DNA of 64,000 nt, from assembly GCA_036337945.1 (NCBI GenBank), contig JAYZDF010000063.1, positions 26,560-90,559 on the forward strand, given 5' to 3'. The stretch comes from Myxococcota bacterium (GTDB lineage: Bacteria; Myxococcota; Kuafuiibacteriia; Kuafuiibacteriales; Kuafuiibacteriaceae). Shown here piece by piece: positions 28,685 through 38,441 of the stretch. The translations under genes and the position numbers were made by a program. The notes under the pieces were generated by a model that had not been told where the DNA came from, did not search any database, and saw nothing but the letters and a program-made list of their open reading frames with translations. Every line of letters begins with the position of its first letter. Within the stretch, counting starts at the first letter, position 1.

Positions 28685-29434
28685 TTAGAAAACGAATTTT
28701 GCTTCTTTGCTGACGACCTCCGTTCCGGCGTAGGCAGGGAACCGGATTTTTCGTGCTTGACGTGCCACACAGTTTCCTACTCGCTGTGCAATCGTGTTGC
28801 TTGCGTCAGAAATCTTTGAAGATGCGACTGAACCATCAAAGTTGATTCGGAAATTGATTCTCAGCGCGCCTGAACCACCCATTCCTCGGCTTGTGAGAGA
28901 TTTCACACATGTTTTCACTCCGCGCCAGTCTCGGACGATGCGAGAGAAGCTCGCGTCGCTTAGGTGAGATTCCAACTCTTCGCTGGCTCGGGTGTCGATA
29001 GGGCGACTTGCGACAGGCGCACTCGCTTTGCGTAACGATTTTCGATTCTGGCTGTTCAAGCTTGGGCCACTCTGTTTCGTGGGAGCAGCGTGTCGTTGCT
29101 TGATACGTTTCTGTGCAGCTTTTTCAGCTTTGATGGAAGCAGCACCAGACAATAAGTCGGCCATGGCCTGCAGCTCTTCGTTCTGGTCAACTGTCTTCGC
29201 AGCAGACTCGGGCTGCTCGTTTAGTACTTCCGCGCTTGCAGTCGCTGCTTCTTCGGATTGTTTGACCTGTTGCTTGACGGCAGAGCGGGCGAGTCGTTCG
29301 ATAGGGGATTTGACTGCCTTACCTTTCGTTTTGGAAGAATCTACCGATGAACTTGGTGAACAAGCGAAGGAAAACAATGAGATAGCTGCAATTGAAGTGT
29401 AAAGAATTGAAGAAGATTTAGTGTTGTTACGCAT
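28685..29434 (-). CDS. lipoprotein with a low-complexity linker and a TonB-C / AgmX-PglI-like C-terminal domain
   Basis: Lipobox LFSFAC. C-terminus GALRINFRINFDGSVASSKISDASNTIAQRVGNCVARQARKIRFP resembles TonB C-terminal / AgmX-PglI domains. Confidence 0.55.
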   Translation of the reverse strand: MRNNTKSSSILYTSIAAISLFSFACSPSSSVDSSKTKGKAVKSPIERLARSAVKQQVKQSEEAATASAEVLNEQPESAAKTVDQNEELQAMADLLSGAASIKAEKAAQKRIKQRHAAPTKQSGPSLNSQNRKSLRKASAPVASRPIDTRASEELESHLSDASFSRIVRDWRGVKTCVKSLTSRGMGGSGALRINFRINFDGSVASSKISDASNTIAQRVGNCVARQARKIRFPAYAGTEVVSKEAKFVF

Positions 29435-29480
29435 GATGACCCTGTTATCGACCAGCGTTTTTCGGACTTAAGCGAGAAAT

Positions 29481-29502
29481 CAAAAAAAATAAATTTTTTT
29501 TG
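29481..29502. repeat. A8/T8 inverted repeat (caaaaaaaa-taaa-ttttttttg) in the 84-nt spacer between two minus-strand genes
   Basis: Perfect 9-bp arms with a 4-nt centre, all A/T. Could be a terminator-like hairpin, an UP-element or intrinsically bent DNA. Confidence 0.3.
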
Positions 29503-29518
29503 AAAAAAGGGTAAAATT

Positions 29519-31888
29519 CTAGGGGGTCGCTGCAGTCGCCTCGGAAAGCATGTCGTTAACGGTTTGTATTCGGGCTGCGAGATCTCTAAATTCAGGGTTT
29601 GCCTCGTGTGCAGTTTCAAACCAATGCAGTGCGAGGTCATAATCGTTGGCTGACTCATAGGCGCAACCTATCTCGTAGTGCAGCTCAGTCACCATTTCGT
29701 CACTCGCGCCACTATCGATCGCATTGAAAAAATAACCAACAGCGCTAATGGAATCCCCCTGTTCAATGAAGCAACGGCCAATTTCAATGTATGAATCGAG
29801 GGTTTTTGATGGCGCTTGAGAAGCTATTTGAAATTCGACGATTGCTTCTTCCAACATACCCATTTCACGGTACGCCAAAGCAAGGTCGAAGCGAGATTCT
29901 AATTCTGATTCGTCTGATGCGTCGATGGGCTCACTTCTTTCCATAAATGAGTCGTTTTCAGGGATGGGTAGACCCTTGTCGATGCTTGAAGGCAGGTTTA
30001 GTTCTCCGGTTGAGGCTGATTCCATTGCGTCGCGAATCGCATCATCCATATTTGCTGAGTTCGGGGTGTCTGCAGCAAGTAAGTCCAGCTTGGTTTTAAG
30101 TTCGATGGCTCTTTGATATGCGGGCGCTTTTTCCAAAACATGTTCGAGCATGCTTCGCGCGTCTTCGTACATTTCCTGATCAATGAATAACGCCGCAGCA
30201 TCAAGGTCTTCCTCGTATGCATCAATTTTTTCCTTGTCGGCGCTCGGGAGCTCACTAATCGGTGTCTCCATGGTGAATCCGATGATCGCGTTCTTTCCGA
30301 AGTCAGCTGGATCCACGGCGCCTGCTGCGGCACCGAGTACATCAGCAGCTGATGGTGATTCTTTCGTTGCCGGTGTCTCTGAATCGAATGATATATCGCC
30401 AGTTCCGGAGTCGATATCAAAATCTACATCAAAGCTCGAAACTTCAGAAAATGGATTCTCTTCATTGCTGCGAGAACCATCAAACTCAATCTCAATCCCG
30501 TCACTGCTTTGCGATGCAAGTTCCTCTTGTAGCGCGGCGGCATCGAAGGCTCCGGTACTCATATCGACATCGAATTCCTCTTCAAAAGGATCTTCGAAGT
30601 TGAAGTCTGGCTCAGTAGCGGGATGCTCGGGTCTGATTGCCTTCAGTTTTTCTCTCGCCTTCTCTGCGGCTGTTTCATCTTGCCGGCCTGAGTGGATTTT
30701 GATCAGTTTGACCCAACTTTCTACTTCAAATTCTTTTTCATTCGTCTTCTCGTACAGGTCGGCGAGACGTTCATGAACTTCCACATTGTCTGCGTCAATT
30801 TTCAGAATGTTTTGAAGATGTTCGATAGCCTTTTTGTGCAAGCCATATTTTACATATACTTCGGTTTCGGTCAGTAACTTCTCTACCTCGTCGCTTGCGG
30901 ATTTCGGTTTGTCCGTGGGCTCTGACTTCGCCTTTGCCGCATTCACAGTTGAGCGGGGGCGACCTGATTTTGTGGGAGCAATTGAAGGTGGCTTTGGAAC
31001 GAGTCCTAAAGCGTTTTTCGCATCGAGGTCTTCGGGGTCTAACTCAAGGATGCGTTGGTAAATCACCATCGCATCATTTGTCTTATTTTTCGCGTTGTAT
31101 AATTTGACCAGCTCACGGTACACGAATAACGTTTTTGCTGTTTCGCCTTCGTCTTGGAAAGCAGACGCTAGCATGGTCAACGTTTCTACGTCGTCGGGCG
31201 CCACTTGAAATGCTAACTGAAGTTTGGCAAGTGCTCTCTTTGTATCGTTGTGTTGCAGATAGATCCGAGCCAAATCTTTGATCACGTCGGTTCTGTTCGG
31301 TGCGTGATAGACTAATCTCTCTGCGACTTTAATGTAGTCAGCGATACGGTCTTGGTCTCGAAGCGCCTCAGCCGCCTCACTGAATTCATTCGCTGCCTCC
31401 TGTAGCATCTCTTGCTTAGAGTAGGCTTCCGCTAAACGCACCCGCGATGCAATATTGCCCGGGTCTAGATCTACCATTCTGGTTAGTGCATCGAGAGCAA
31501 GCTTGGGTGAGCCATTTTGTTCGTAGAGCAATGCAATAGACTGAAATTGCCCCATGGCTTCTTGAACCAATCCGAGGTGCTCGTAGAGTTCTGCTAATTT
31601 GTTTGCGACGTCAAGATGAGTAGGGACGTGCTTCATGACCGTTTTGTAAACGGCGACAGCTTTCAAAAAGAAGCCTTGCTCGGAGTAAAATTCGGCAACC
31701 TGTTGGTAAACTTGAATTGCTTCGTCCATTGCTCCCTTCTTGGTGTACAAGTCCCCAATTTTTAGGAGTGTCCGGACATCTTTTGGATCTTCTTCAGTAA
31801 GTTTCTTTAGTTCGCGGATCGCCCGGTCGTAGTTACCTTTTTGGATGTGCTTTTGGGCCGCACTTAGTATTTTGTTCTTGTTCGCCAC
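29519..31888 (-). CDS. TPR-repeat protein with a central acidic disordered region
   Basis: Many 34-residue TPR units at both ends (for example NYDRAIRELKKLTEEDPKD, LGLVQEAMGQFQSIALLYE) and an acidic DE-rich middle segment. Confidence 0.75.
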   Translation of the reverse strand: MANKNKILSAAQKHIQKGNYDRAIRELKKLTEEDPKDVRTLLKIGDLYTKKGAMDEAIQVYQQVAEFYSEQGFFLKAVAVYKTVMKHVPTHLDVANKLAELYEHLGLVQEAMGQFQSIALLYEQNGSPKLALDALTRMVDLDPGNIASRVRLAEAYSKQEMLQEAANEFSEAAEALRDQDRIADYIKVAERLVYHAPNRTDVIKDLARIYLQHNDTKRALAKLQLAFQVAPDDVETLTMLASAFQDEGETAKTLFVYRELVKLYNAKNKTNDAMVIYQRILELDPEDLDAKNALGLVPKPPSIAPTKSGRPRSTVNAAKAKSEPTDKPKSASDEVEKLLTETEVYVKYGLHKKAIEHLQNILKIDADNVEVHERLADLYEKTNEKEFEVESWVKLIKIHSGRQDETAAEKAREKLKAIRPEHPATEPDFNFEDPFEEEFDVDMSTGAFDAAALQEELASQSSDGIEIEFDGSRSNEENPFSEVSSFDVDFDIDSGTGDISFDSETPATKESPSAADVLGAAAGAVDPADFGKNAIIGFTMETPISELPSADKEKIDAYEEDLDAAALFIDQEMYEDARSMLEHVLEKAPAYQRAIELKTKLDLLAADTPNSANMDDAIRDAMESASTGELNLPSSIDKGLPIPENDSFMERSEPIDASDESELESRFDLALAYREMGMLEEAIVEFQIASQAPSKTLDSYIEIGRCFIEQGDSISAVGYFFNAIDSGASDEMVTELHYEIGCAYESANDYDLALHWFETAHEANPEFRDLAARIQTVNDMLSEATAATP

Positions 31889-32051
31889 GTTCCGCCGCCA
31901 CGCACCGAGAAATACTCAGCACCGGGAGTATAGACAGTAGATGAGTCGGCTAGCAAACTAGTGACCACAGCTAACGTAGCGAAATAAGTGATATTGGTTC
32001 GATATATGACTCGGTTGTCTGGCGGGTATCCGAAAATTTTAGCAAGGAGCT

Positions 32052-33041
32052 CTAAGGTGTACCCGAATGAGCCGGCCCGCGACCGAGTTTTTTGAGCATG
32101 AATGTGACGAGTATCACAACGAAAACGATTACTCCCGCTACAGAAACGGCTACAGACCGTTCGAAATAGCAAACGGCTAACCCCGAAAGGCCAAGAAAAA
32201 TACCAAATCCATAGGCAGTCGCTGCGATAGAAACCGCAGAAAATCCGTTATTTCGCATCCGAACGGCGAAGTGATCTGGGCTACCAGACATGACAGGAAT
32301 TTTGCGGATGAAACGGACAGTCATGACGTAGAGGGTGTCGAAAATGGGAATACCAAGGATAATGATGGGTGCAATCCACGCGATCCGATGATGTCCGTCC
32401 GTGTATTTCCCAATCATAGCAATGGCTCCAAGCATAAAACCGAGAAACATTGATCCGGTATCACCCATGTAAATTTTCGCGGGTGGACGATTGAATGCCA
32501 AGAATCCAACCGCCGAACCTACAAGAGGGAGTATAAGCATTGGAATGACGTCCGGAGTTCTCATGAGAGCTATGATGTAGAGAAAGATTCCCGCGATCGC
32601 GGTGATTCCAGCTGCAAGACCATCAGAGACATCGATGAGGTTGAGAGCATTGGTGATGCCGATGACCCAAAAAAAAGTCAGCATCAGATTTGCCCAACCC
32701 GGGATAAAGCTCAATTGGACCATAATACCGGCCTTTACCAGAACTAAGACCGCTACCGCTTGTCCGAAGAGTTTGACCTTGGGTGAAAGGACTTTAAGGT
32801 CATCGAAAAGTCCCAGCATCACGATGATAGATGCTGACAGCAGTATGCCGGTAATTTTTGGTGGGAACTGTCCTTCATTGGTCAGCGCGAGTGCGAATAA
32901 GAACGCGAGATACATTGATACCCCGCCTAGGTATGGGGTCGGCTCTTTATGATTCTTTAGTTTGGTGTTCGGTATGTCCATCACGCCGTACTTGACGGCA
33001 GCCTTGCGAACAATAGGTGTGAAGTACAAAGATAGGAGCAA
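32052..33041 (-). CDS. polyprenyl-phosphate N-acetylhexosamine-1-phosphate transferase (MraY/WecA family, GT4 superfamily)
   Basis: Motifs FDDLKVLSP, NALNLIDVSDGLA and IYMGDTGSMFLGF of the MraY/WecA family, in a polytopic protein. The N-terminus may extend upstream. Confidence 0.75.
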   Translation of the reverse strand: MLLSLYFTPIVRKAAVKYGVMDIPNTKLKNHKEPTPYLGGVSMYLAFLFALALTNEGQFPPKITGILLSASIIVMLGLFDDLKVLSPKVKLFGQAVAVLVLVKAGIMVQLSFIPGWANLMLTFFWVIGITNALNLIDVSDGLAAGITAIAGIFLYIIALMRTPDVIPMLILPLVGSAVGFLAFNRPPAKIYMGDTGSMFLGFMLGAIAMIGKYTDGHHRIAWIAPIIILGIPIFDTLYVMTVRFIRKIPVMSGSPDHFAVRMRNNGFSAVSIAATAYGFGIFLGLSGLAVCYFERSVAVSVAGVIVFVVILVTFMLKKLGRGPAHSGTP

Positions 33042-33157
33042 GGCTACGACGAAGGCCGTAGGGTAACGAGCGGCTCCGAGATCTAAGGTGAGATCAACGG
33101 TCGATGTGACAAATGGAAAGATAACGAAAGCGTTTCTCTCTATGTTTTAGGAGTTGG

Positions 33158-34207
33158 TCAAGTGTTCAGATACGCGCGCCGCGTTTGATCGACCATGGAT
33201 TCTCGATTGAAACCCTCGCGTAAAAGTCGCTGGCGGCCTGCTTTTCCGAAGGATTCTCGAAGCTCGTTATCATCCAGCACCCGGGTAATGGCCTCTCGAA
33301 GGGCGTACGGCTGATTCGGAGGGACTAAAATCCCGGTTTTTCCGTCGACGACAACTTCAGGCGTCCCGCCCACGTGGGTCGCGACCACGGCTCGCCCAGC
33401 GGCCATCGCTTCCAGCAAAACCTGGGGAAGTCCTTCGCTACGAGAGGGCGCGACCACTAGATCTGCTCCAGCCATCAATTCGGCAGCATCATCTCGTGCG
33501 CCAATGAGCTCGAGCTTCCCGCCTTCGAGCCGATGTCTCTCACCCCCTTCACCGACCAATATAAAGCGCGCGTCCTCCCGATCGAAAGATTCAACGGCTT
33601 CTTTTAGGATATCAAAGCCCTTTATAGGAGTGAGTCGTCCTACTGCCATTACGAGCAGTTGGTCTTCAGGAATTCCTAAGCGAGTTCTCACTTCTTCCCT
33701 GCTCGGAAGTGCATGCTGGTGTCTGATCAAACTCGGATGGACAACCTGCGGCTTCATTCGGGGAGATAGAGATTCCTGAACTCGTTGGCTCACCGCGAGA
33801 ACCTGGTCAAATGCGTGCAGGCTCCCTCGCCAAAGTCTAGACTTGAATCTATCCAATTCCACGCCAGTGTTGTGGACAGTAGTTATGAATCGAGCTTTTG
33901 AAACCAAAGGCCGAGTCATAGCTGCTACGATGTCTGACACAGCAAGGTGGCTGTGGATGACATCTGCGTTAAATTTCTTGGCGATTCTTGCAAGTTTGTA
34001 GACAGGCTTGAGGTCAAGAGAAGACGAGATGTTGAGGACGTGAACAGGTATCCCTTGATCACGAATAATATCTCCAATCGGTCCATCACGGGTTGTCGCG
34101 ACAACGCAAACATCGTCTCCAAGTCGAGATAAATCGATGGCGAGTGCTTCGACGACGCGTTCGGCTCCGCCGAAACGCAGTCCATTTGTGAGTAATACGA
34201 CTCTCAT
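33158..34207 (-). CDS. glycosyltransferase family 4 (GT1-fold) protein
   Basis: MRVVLLTNGLRFGGAERVVEALA N-terminal GT4 start, C-terminal Glycos_transf_1-type region. ATGA overlap with the upstream gene. The track start at 34258 is an alternative. Confidence 0.8.
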   Translation of the reverse strand: MRVVLLTNGLRFGGAERVVEALAIDLSRLGDDVCVVATTRDGPIGDIIRDQGIPVHVLNISSSLDLKPVYKLARIAKKFNADVIHSHLAVSDIVAAMTRPLVSKARFITTVHNTGVELDRFKSRLWRGSLHAFDQVLAVSQRVQESLSPRMKPQVVHPSLIRHQHALPSREEVRTRLGIPEDQLLVMAVGRLTPIKGFDILKEAVESFDREDARFILVGEGGERHRLEGGKLELIGARDDAAELMAGADLVVAPSRSEGLPQVLLEAMAAGRAVVATHVGGTPEVVVDGKTGILVPPNQPYALREAITRVLDDNELRESFGKAGRQRLLREGFNRESMVDQTRRAYLNT

Positions 34208-34875
34208 CACAGCATGTTCCGATGAACACCCTCTAACGTAGCTTGCACCTTCGACCAATAGTTTTGTTCGTCGGGGTTGTTTTGCAGCAGAGAAACGACC
34301 GTTGTTTTTCTACCGCTTTTCGCAATCTGTGCCGACAATTCGTGAGTTGTGGAAATGATTTGATGAGCATCGCGTAATGCAACGCACTGGCGGCGCTGCA
34401 GACTGACTGGGTATCTGCTGTGCGCTCCCTCAATACTCTGTTCGCAAACGACGACGGACATACATGAAATGCTTTTAGCTACTTGGACGGCAGCAAATCC
34501 CCCTATATCCAAGGTTGAGCCATAAAGAATCTTAGGTCGTTCGCTGAAGGGGCGTCGGATGAGTTCTACCGCTAAAGCAAAAGTTGCAGACTCAACCGTG
34601 GCGTTTGGAAGCGGAGCATAAGAAACAAATGATGTTCGTGAAATAGAGGCTTGAACTTGTTTCTCTAGTTCCGCAGGCCATCCAGAGCCGCCTCTTAGCG
34701 CTCTGAGTACGGAGTGAGTCCATCGTAACCGTTTGTGGAGAACCAGAGTAAATACCTCAAGCTCTACGTTGGGTATCTTTTGTAAGTGCTCGATGAGTGC
34801 TTCGTCTGACTTTGATATGCGAGGAGCGCTTTTTGACCTCGGGAAAACCAAATAGCCGATTTTTAGAGGACTCAA
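34207..34875 (-). CDS. hypothetical protein resembling a glycosyltransferase C-terminal (Glycos_transf_1-like) half
   Basis: RPKILYGSTLDIGGFAAVQVAKSI resembles the start of a GT1 C-terminal domain. ATGA overlaps on both sides. Confidence 0.35.
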   Translation of the reverse strand: MSPLKIGYLVFPRSKSAPRISKSDEALIEHLQKIPNVELEVFTLVLHKRLRWTHSVLRALRGGSGWPAELEKQVQASISRTSFVSYAPLPNATVESATFALAVELIRRPFSERPKILYGSTLDIGGFAAVQVAKSISCMSVVVCEQSIEGAHSRYPVSLQRRQCVALRDAHQIISTTHELSAQIAKSGRKTTVVSLLQNNPDEQNYWSKVQATLEGVHRNML

Positions 34876-35477
34876 GATTTTTTCCCTAGCTTGCTACCAC
34901 CAATGCTAACGAGCTGAGAGCCGTCGCAATCTAAAGGTGCGTCAGGTAACCTGTCTTGATCAACGATTCGTCCATAAACGATTTCGATTGCTCCCAAATA
35001 AAAACGTTGGCTCGCGACATCTTCAGGTTCAGGACTCGCCGTGACGTAAATATCGCAATTAACGCCTATTTCTCGAAGTTTATCTGCTTCGGCCTCTTCA
35101 CTCACTACGATAGAGCCCGCTTGCTTTGCCGAAAGTAAAAGCTGCTTTGGTTTTGCATTAGAAATATCTCGCGCGTTCAAAGAGAGCACGAGTGCCGTAT
35201 CGGTGCCGTTCGCCAAGGTAACGGCCGATTTCGCGGCGCCATTCAGACCGATTGCGTGGATGATATGAGGTTGTAACTCGTTGACCGCTTTTGCTGCCGA
35301 GAACTTCGTAAAAAAAGATGTCTTGGTGGGAGCAAACACGAAAGCGTGGTGGCGCGGAGAAAGAGCGTTTCTTACCGCCTCAGATTCTTCTGCTCGATCC
35401 GTATCGCCAATAATCAAGATGGTGATCTGGGTATTTTCAATTGTCCCGTATCCCAACCCTGACTTTTCTTCGCTCAT
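34872..35477 (-). CDS. hypothetical protein resembling a glycosyltransferase N-terminal (Glyco_trans_4-like) domain
   Basis: ITILIIGDTD...HIIHAIGLNGAA...ALVLSLN...SIVVSEEAEADKLREIGV...IYVTASPE resembles a GT4 N-terminal domain ending. Confidence 0.35.
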   Translation of the reverse strand: MSEEKSGLGYGTIENTQITILIIGDTDRAEESEAVRNALSPRHHAFVFAPTKTSFFTKFSAAKAVNELQPHIIHAIGLNGAAKSAVTLANGTDTALVLSLNARDISNAKPKQLLLSAKQAGSIVVSEEAEADKLREIGVNCDIYVTASPEPEDVASQRFYLGAIEIVYGRIVDQDRLPDAPLDCDGSQLVSIGGSKLGKKS

Positions 35478-35609
35478 TCTGTGTCTAAACTCACCGAAAT
35501 GGGGCTTGGGTCAAGCGTTTCCCACCTGTAGACTCAGCCTTTTCAATATTTCCCTTATTTCGAGCCAAAATTACTCCAAGGGATCGTGGTATTAAGGAGG
35601 TCATTCATA

Positions 35610-36686
35610 ATGAACGGTCTGGATGTACTCATTATTGGCGCTGGCGTTGTTGGCTCTGCGATTGCCCGGGAAGTTAACGCACTTGGGATGAGCTGTTGGC
35701 TCGTTGATCGTAATCAACGAATGGGTGGAGAGACCACACATCGAAATAGTGGCGTTATCCACGCGGGAATTTATTATCCATCGGAGTCGCTGAAAACCAA
35801 ACTATGTATCCAAGGCCGAAAACTTTTGTACCAGTGGGTGAAAAACACCGGCGTCCGATTTGAAAACTGCGGAAAAATAATCGTTGCAACAGAAGCTGCA
35901 CAGTTAGCGAAACTTGAACATCGTCTTGAACACGCGAAACTATGCGGTGTAGACAATCTATCCTTTCTGTCCGAAAGAGCGCTCTTAGAACGAACAGGGA
36001 TTCAAAAAGCGGTCGGAGCACTATTGAGTCCTTCATCTGGAATTGTAGACCCGGTAGAGTTGACACGGTCTTTTGTGGCGCATTCACCCGATGTTGAACT
36101 GCTTCTCAGGACCGAGGTCATAGCTATTCATCAAGAATCGAATGGGTATCGAGTTGAAACTAATCGAGGTGAGGTACATACAAAATTCATAGTAAACTCC
36201 GCCGGTCTTTATTCTGCGAAGGTCGCGGCGCTGGGCGGAATGAAGCAATATAAATTGTTTTATTGCCGAGGAGATTATTTCACTTGGCGAACGAACCGAA
36301 CCATCGACACGTTGATTTACCCGGTCAAAGACCCATTAGACCCCGGGCTCGGTATACACCTCACGATAGATCTCAACGGCGGTTTGAAATGGGGGCCTGA
36401 TGCGCAATACGTAGGTGATACTATCGATTACGGTCCCGCGGACCACAAGCACGAACAGTTTCTTCAAGCTGTCCGTCGGCTTTATCCTGAAGTTCAAGCT
36501 TCGCACTTATATTACGAAGGCTGCGGGATAAGGCCCAAGTTAAGATCGCCAAACTCTCCTGAAGAATGGGATTTTGTGATTTCCGAGGACCAACCAGGAT
36601 TCATCAATCTCATCGGGATAGAGTCTCCTGGACTAACAGCTTCGATGGCTATTGCTAAGCATGTGACTAAAATGCTTGGGACTTGA
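35610..36686 (+). CDS. lhgO: L-2-hydroxyglutarate oxidase/dehydrogenase (FAD-dependent)
   Basis: DVLIIGAGVVGSAIA FAD fold. THRNSGVIHAGIYYPSESLKTKLCIQG...RFENCGKIIVAT closely parallels E. coli LhgO. Strong SD AAGGAGG lies 9 nt before ATG 35610; the track start at 35586 is an upstream GTG. Confidence 0.7.
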   Translation: MNGLDVLIIGAGVVGSAIAREVNALGMSCWLVDRNQRMGGETTHRNSGVIHAGIYYPSESLKTKLCIQGRKLLYQWVKNTGVRFENCGKIIVATEAAQLAKLEHRLEHAKLCGVDNLSFLSERALLERTGIQKAVGALLSPSSGIVDPVELTRSFVAHSPDVELLLRTEVIAIHQESNGYRVETNRGEVHTKFIVNSAGLYSAKVAALGGMKQYKLFYCRGDYFTWRTNRTIDTLIYPVKDPLDPGLGIHLTIDLNGGLKWGPDAQYVGDTIDYGPADHKHEQFLQAVRRLYPEVQASHLYYEGCGIRPKLRSPNSPEEWDFVISEDQPGFINLIGIESPGLTASMAIAKHVTKMLGT

Positions 36687-36690
36687 GGGT

Positions 36691-37077
36691 TCAGGATTTA
36701 GGCGGCGGAAGAGCCATGGTCGGCACTGAAGAAGTTTTGAGAAGCTGCTCTAAACTACAGCCTTGTATTTCGCACAGGACCTTATAGAAATATTCTGCAC
36801 CAAACACATGAACATGAGTTGATGTCCAAAGAAGAATAAGCATGAACTCCCCAACTGGCGGCGCAAGATTCTTCGCTTCGAGATGAATATTCAATCGTTC
36901 GAGAAGATTGGCTCGATAGTCTCCAAATGATTTCAGTGTCGAAGGTAAGACATCTTCGTAGAGGAAGCATTGACCGAACTGTTGTTCTATTTTGTTCCGA
37001 TAATCCCAAAGCCATTGATTTGCCTCCGAGCCGGCGATCTTGTGTTCTGCTTTTGCGAGGAGTTTTGAAAATGACAT
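36691..37077 (-). CDS. hypothetical protein
   Basis: 128-aa ORF, 2 nt downstream of the M23 peptidase gene. No recognisable motif. Confidence 0.4.
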   Translation of the reverse strand: MSFSKLLAKAEHKIAGSEANQWLWDYRNKIEQQFGQCFLYEDVLPSTLKSFGDYRANLLERLNIHLEAKNLAPPVGEFMLILLWTSTHVHVFGAEYFYKVLCEIQGCSLEQLLKTSSVPTMALPPPKS

Positions 37078-37079
37078 AT

Positions 37080-38264
37080 CTAGTGTTGGTGATTTGAATG
37101 TGAGATAGGAGGGTTTGCCGGCTCTTTCGACAAGCGAACGGCGTAGCGCCGCTTAAATAATTTCATCGGGTCTATGGGGCGTCCGCCATAGCGGAGTTCA
37201 AAGTGAAGGTGAGGACCCGTTGAACGTCCAGAGCTTCCTACAAGACCAAGCGGTGCTCCTCCATCAACTTTCACACCTACCGGGACGAGAATTTTGCCCA
37301 GATGAGCGTAAACCGTCTGATATCCGCCAATATGCTGAACAACGACCATTCGTCCGTAGCCACCGGCCCAACCTGCGTGAATGACGCGCCCGTTGGCGGC
37401 ACTTGAAACAACAGAGCCACGATCGGCACCCAGGTCGATGCCTGTGTGGAATTTGCGAGCACCATTGAGTGGGTCGCGACGCATACCAAAAAGACTAGTA
37501 TAAATCTGCGGTGCGACCGGCCACTCAAGTTTTGGTCCTTGCCCCGGTTGCGTGGGGGCAGGCGGCAACGGGCCGTCTGCGAGTACATTTCGCTGCAACA
37601 GTCGATGAATCTGCTGATGAAGGTCCTTTATCCGCCAATTCAATGCTTCCGGACAGGCGCCGAAGTGCCTTTCCGTAAGTTCTTTTTCTGCCGCGGTGGT
37701 CACGTGGGCTTGCAGAAGAACTCGCTTAGGCATGAGGTCATCGTCTGGAATGGCGAGACCGCTTTGAAGTTCATCAAGTACTCGTATCCAAACCGATGAG
37801 ATACCCTTTGGCCATTTCTTCCGTTTCGCTTTCTTACGCTTTTTCTGTTGTTTCGTGGTCATGCGTAGCTCACTCGTAAAATGAAACAAGGTGAGCTCTA
37901 GTTCTGCTGCAATTTGCTCTGGGGTTAACTGAACATCGGCTTGTCTTCGAGGCGGTGGCGCAACCTTTATTGCGTCCATCGGTTGAGGATGCTCAGGGCC
38001 AGCGTGAAGAGCTGTCTCGCTCGCGAGCTTGCTGGGCTCTGTTGTAGCAGTGGTATCCAAGGGCTGCGATGCTTCTTTATCCGAATCTTGTTCCGGAATC
38101 GCCAGTTGTTGAATTTGGTCCTCTTGCGAAAAATGCTCGGAAGAGGATGACGTCTCAGTTTCCCACTGAGAAAGGAGCTTTCCGTGTCCCGCAGCGCACG
38201 ATATCGTCAAGCAAAGCAAACTGGCGGTCAGCCAAGCTCGATTGCTTTTTCGAAGATGTCCCAC
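37080..38264 (-). CDS. M23 family metallopeptidase (LytM/lysostaphin-like)
   Basis: HTGIDLGADRGSVVSSAANGRVIHAGWAGGYGRMVVVQHIGGYQTVYAHL...GSSGRSTGPHLHFELR, i.e. the HxxxD and HxH motifs. N-terminal signal; Lys-rich basic linker. Confidence 0.8.
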   Translation of the reverse strand: MGHLRKSNRAWLTASLLCLTISCAAGHGKLLSQWETETSSSSEHFSQEDQIQQLAIPEQDSDKEASQPLDTTATTEPSKLASETALHAGPEHPQPMDAIKVAPPPRRQADVQLTPEQIAAELELTLFHFTSELRMTTKQQKKRKKAKRKKWPKGISSVWIRVLDELQSGLAIPDDDLMPKRVLLQAHVTTAAEKELTERHFGACPEALNWRIKDLHQQIHRLLQRNVLADGPLPPAPTQPGQGPKLEWPVAPQIYTSLFGMRRDPLNGARKFHTGIDLGADRGSVVSSAANGRVIHAGWAGGYGRMVVVQHIGGYQTVYAHLGKILVPVGVKVDGGAPLGLVGSSGRSTGPHLHFELRYGGRPIDPMKLFKRRYAVRLSKEPANPPISHSNHQH

Positions 38265-38441
38265 AGCGGTACGATAGCGACCTTTCCAGAATATAGCTAG
38301 AAACCGACGGTTCTCGAGGCAAATTCAGGTAGTTGCGCCTATCCCTGACCGCTGGTCCAGAAGGTTTTGCTTCTCGGTCGACAATGATCGTATGTATTTA
38401 CCGCGGACAAGGAACGTAGTTTACGCCCGCAGGACTTAACA

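Noticed and set aside
29998-31107. ORFs 29998..30420, 30183..30776, 30352..30603 and others within or antisense to the TPR gene
   Set aside because: They are low-complexity shadow ORFs opposite the acidic region of a well-supported TPR protein.
33504-34433. Small ORFs inside or antisense to the GT1 gene (33504..33779, 33925..34185, 34233..34433)
   Set aside because: They are contained in a strongly supported glycosyltransferase CDS.
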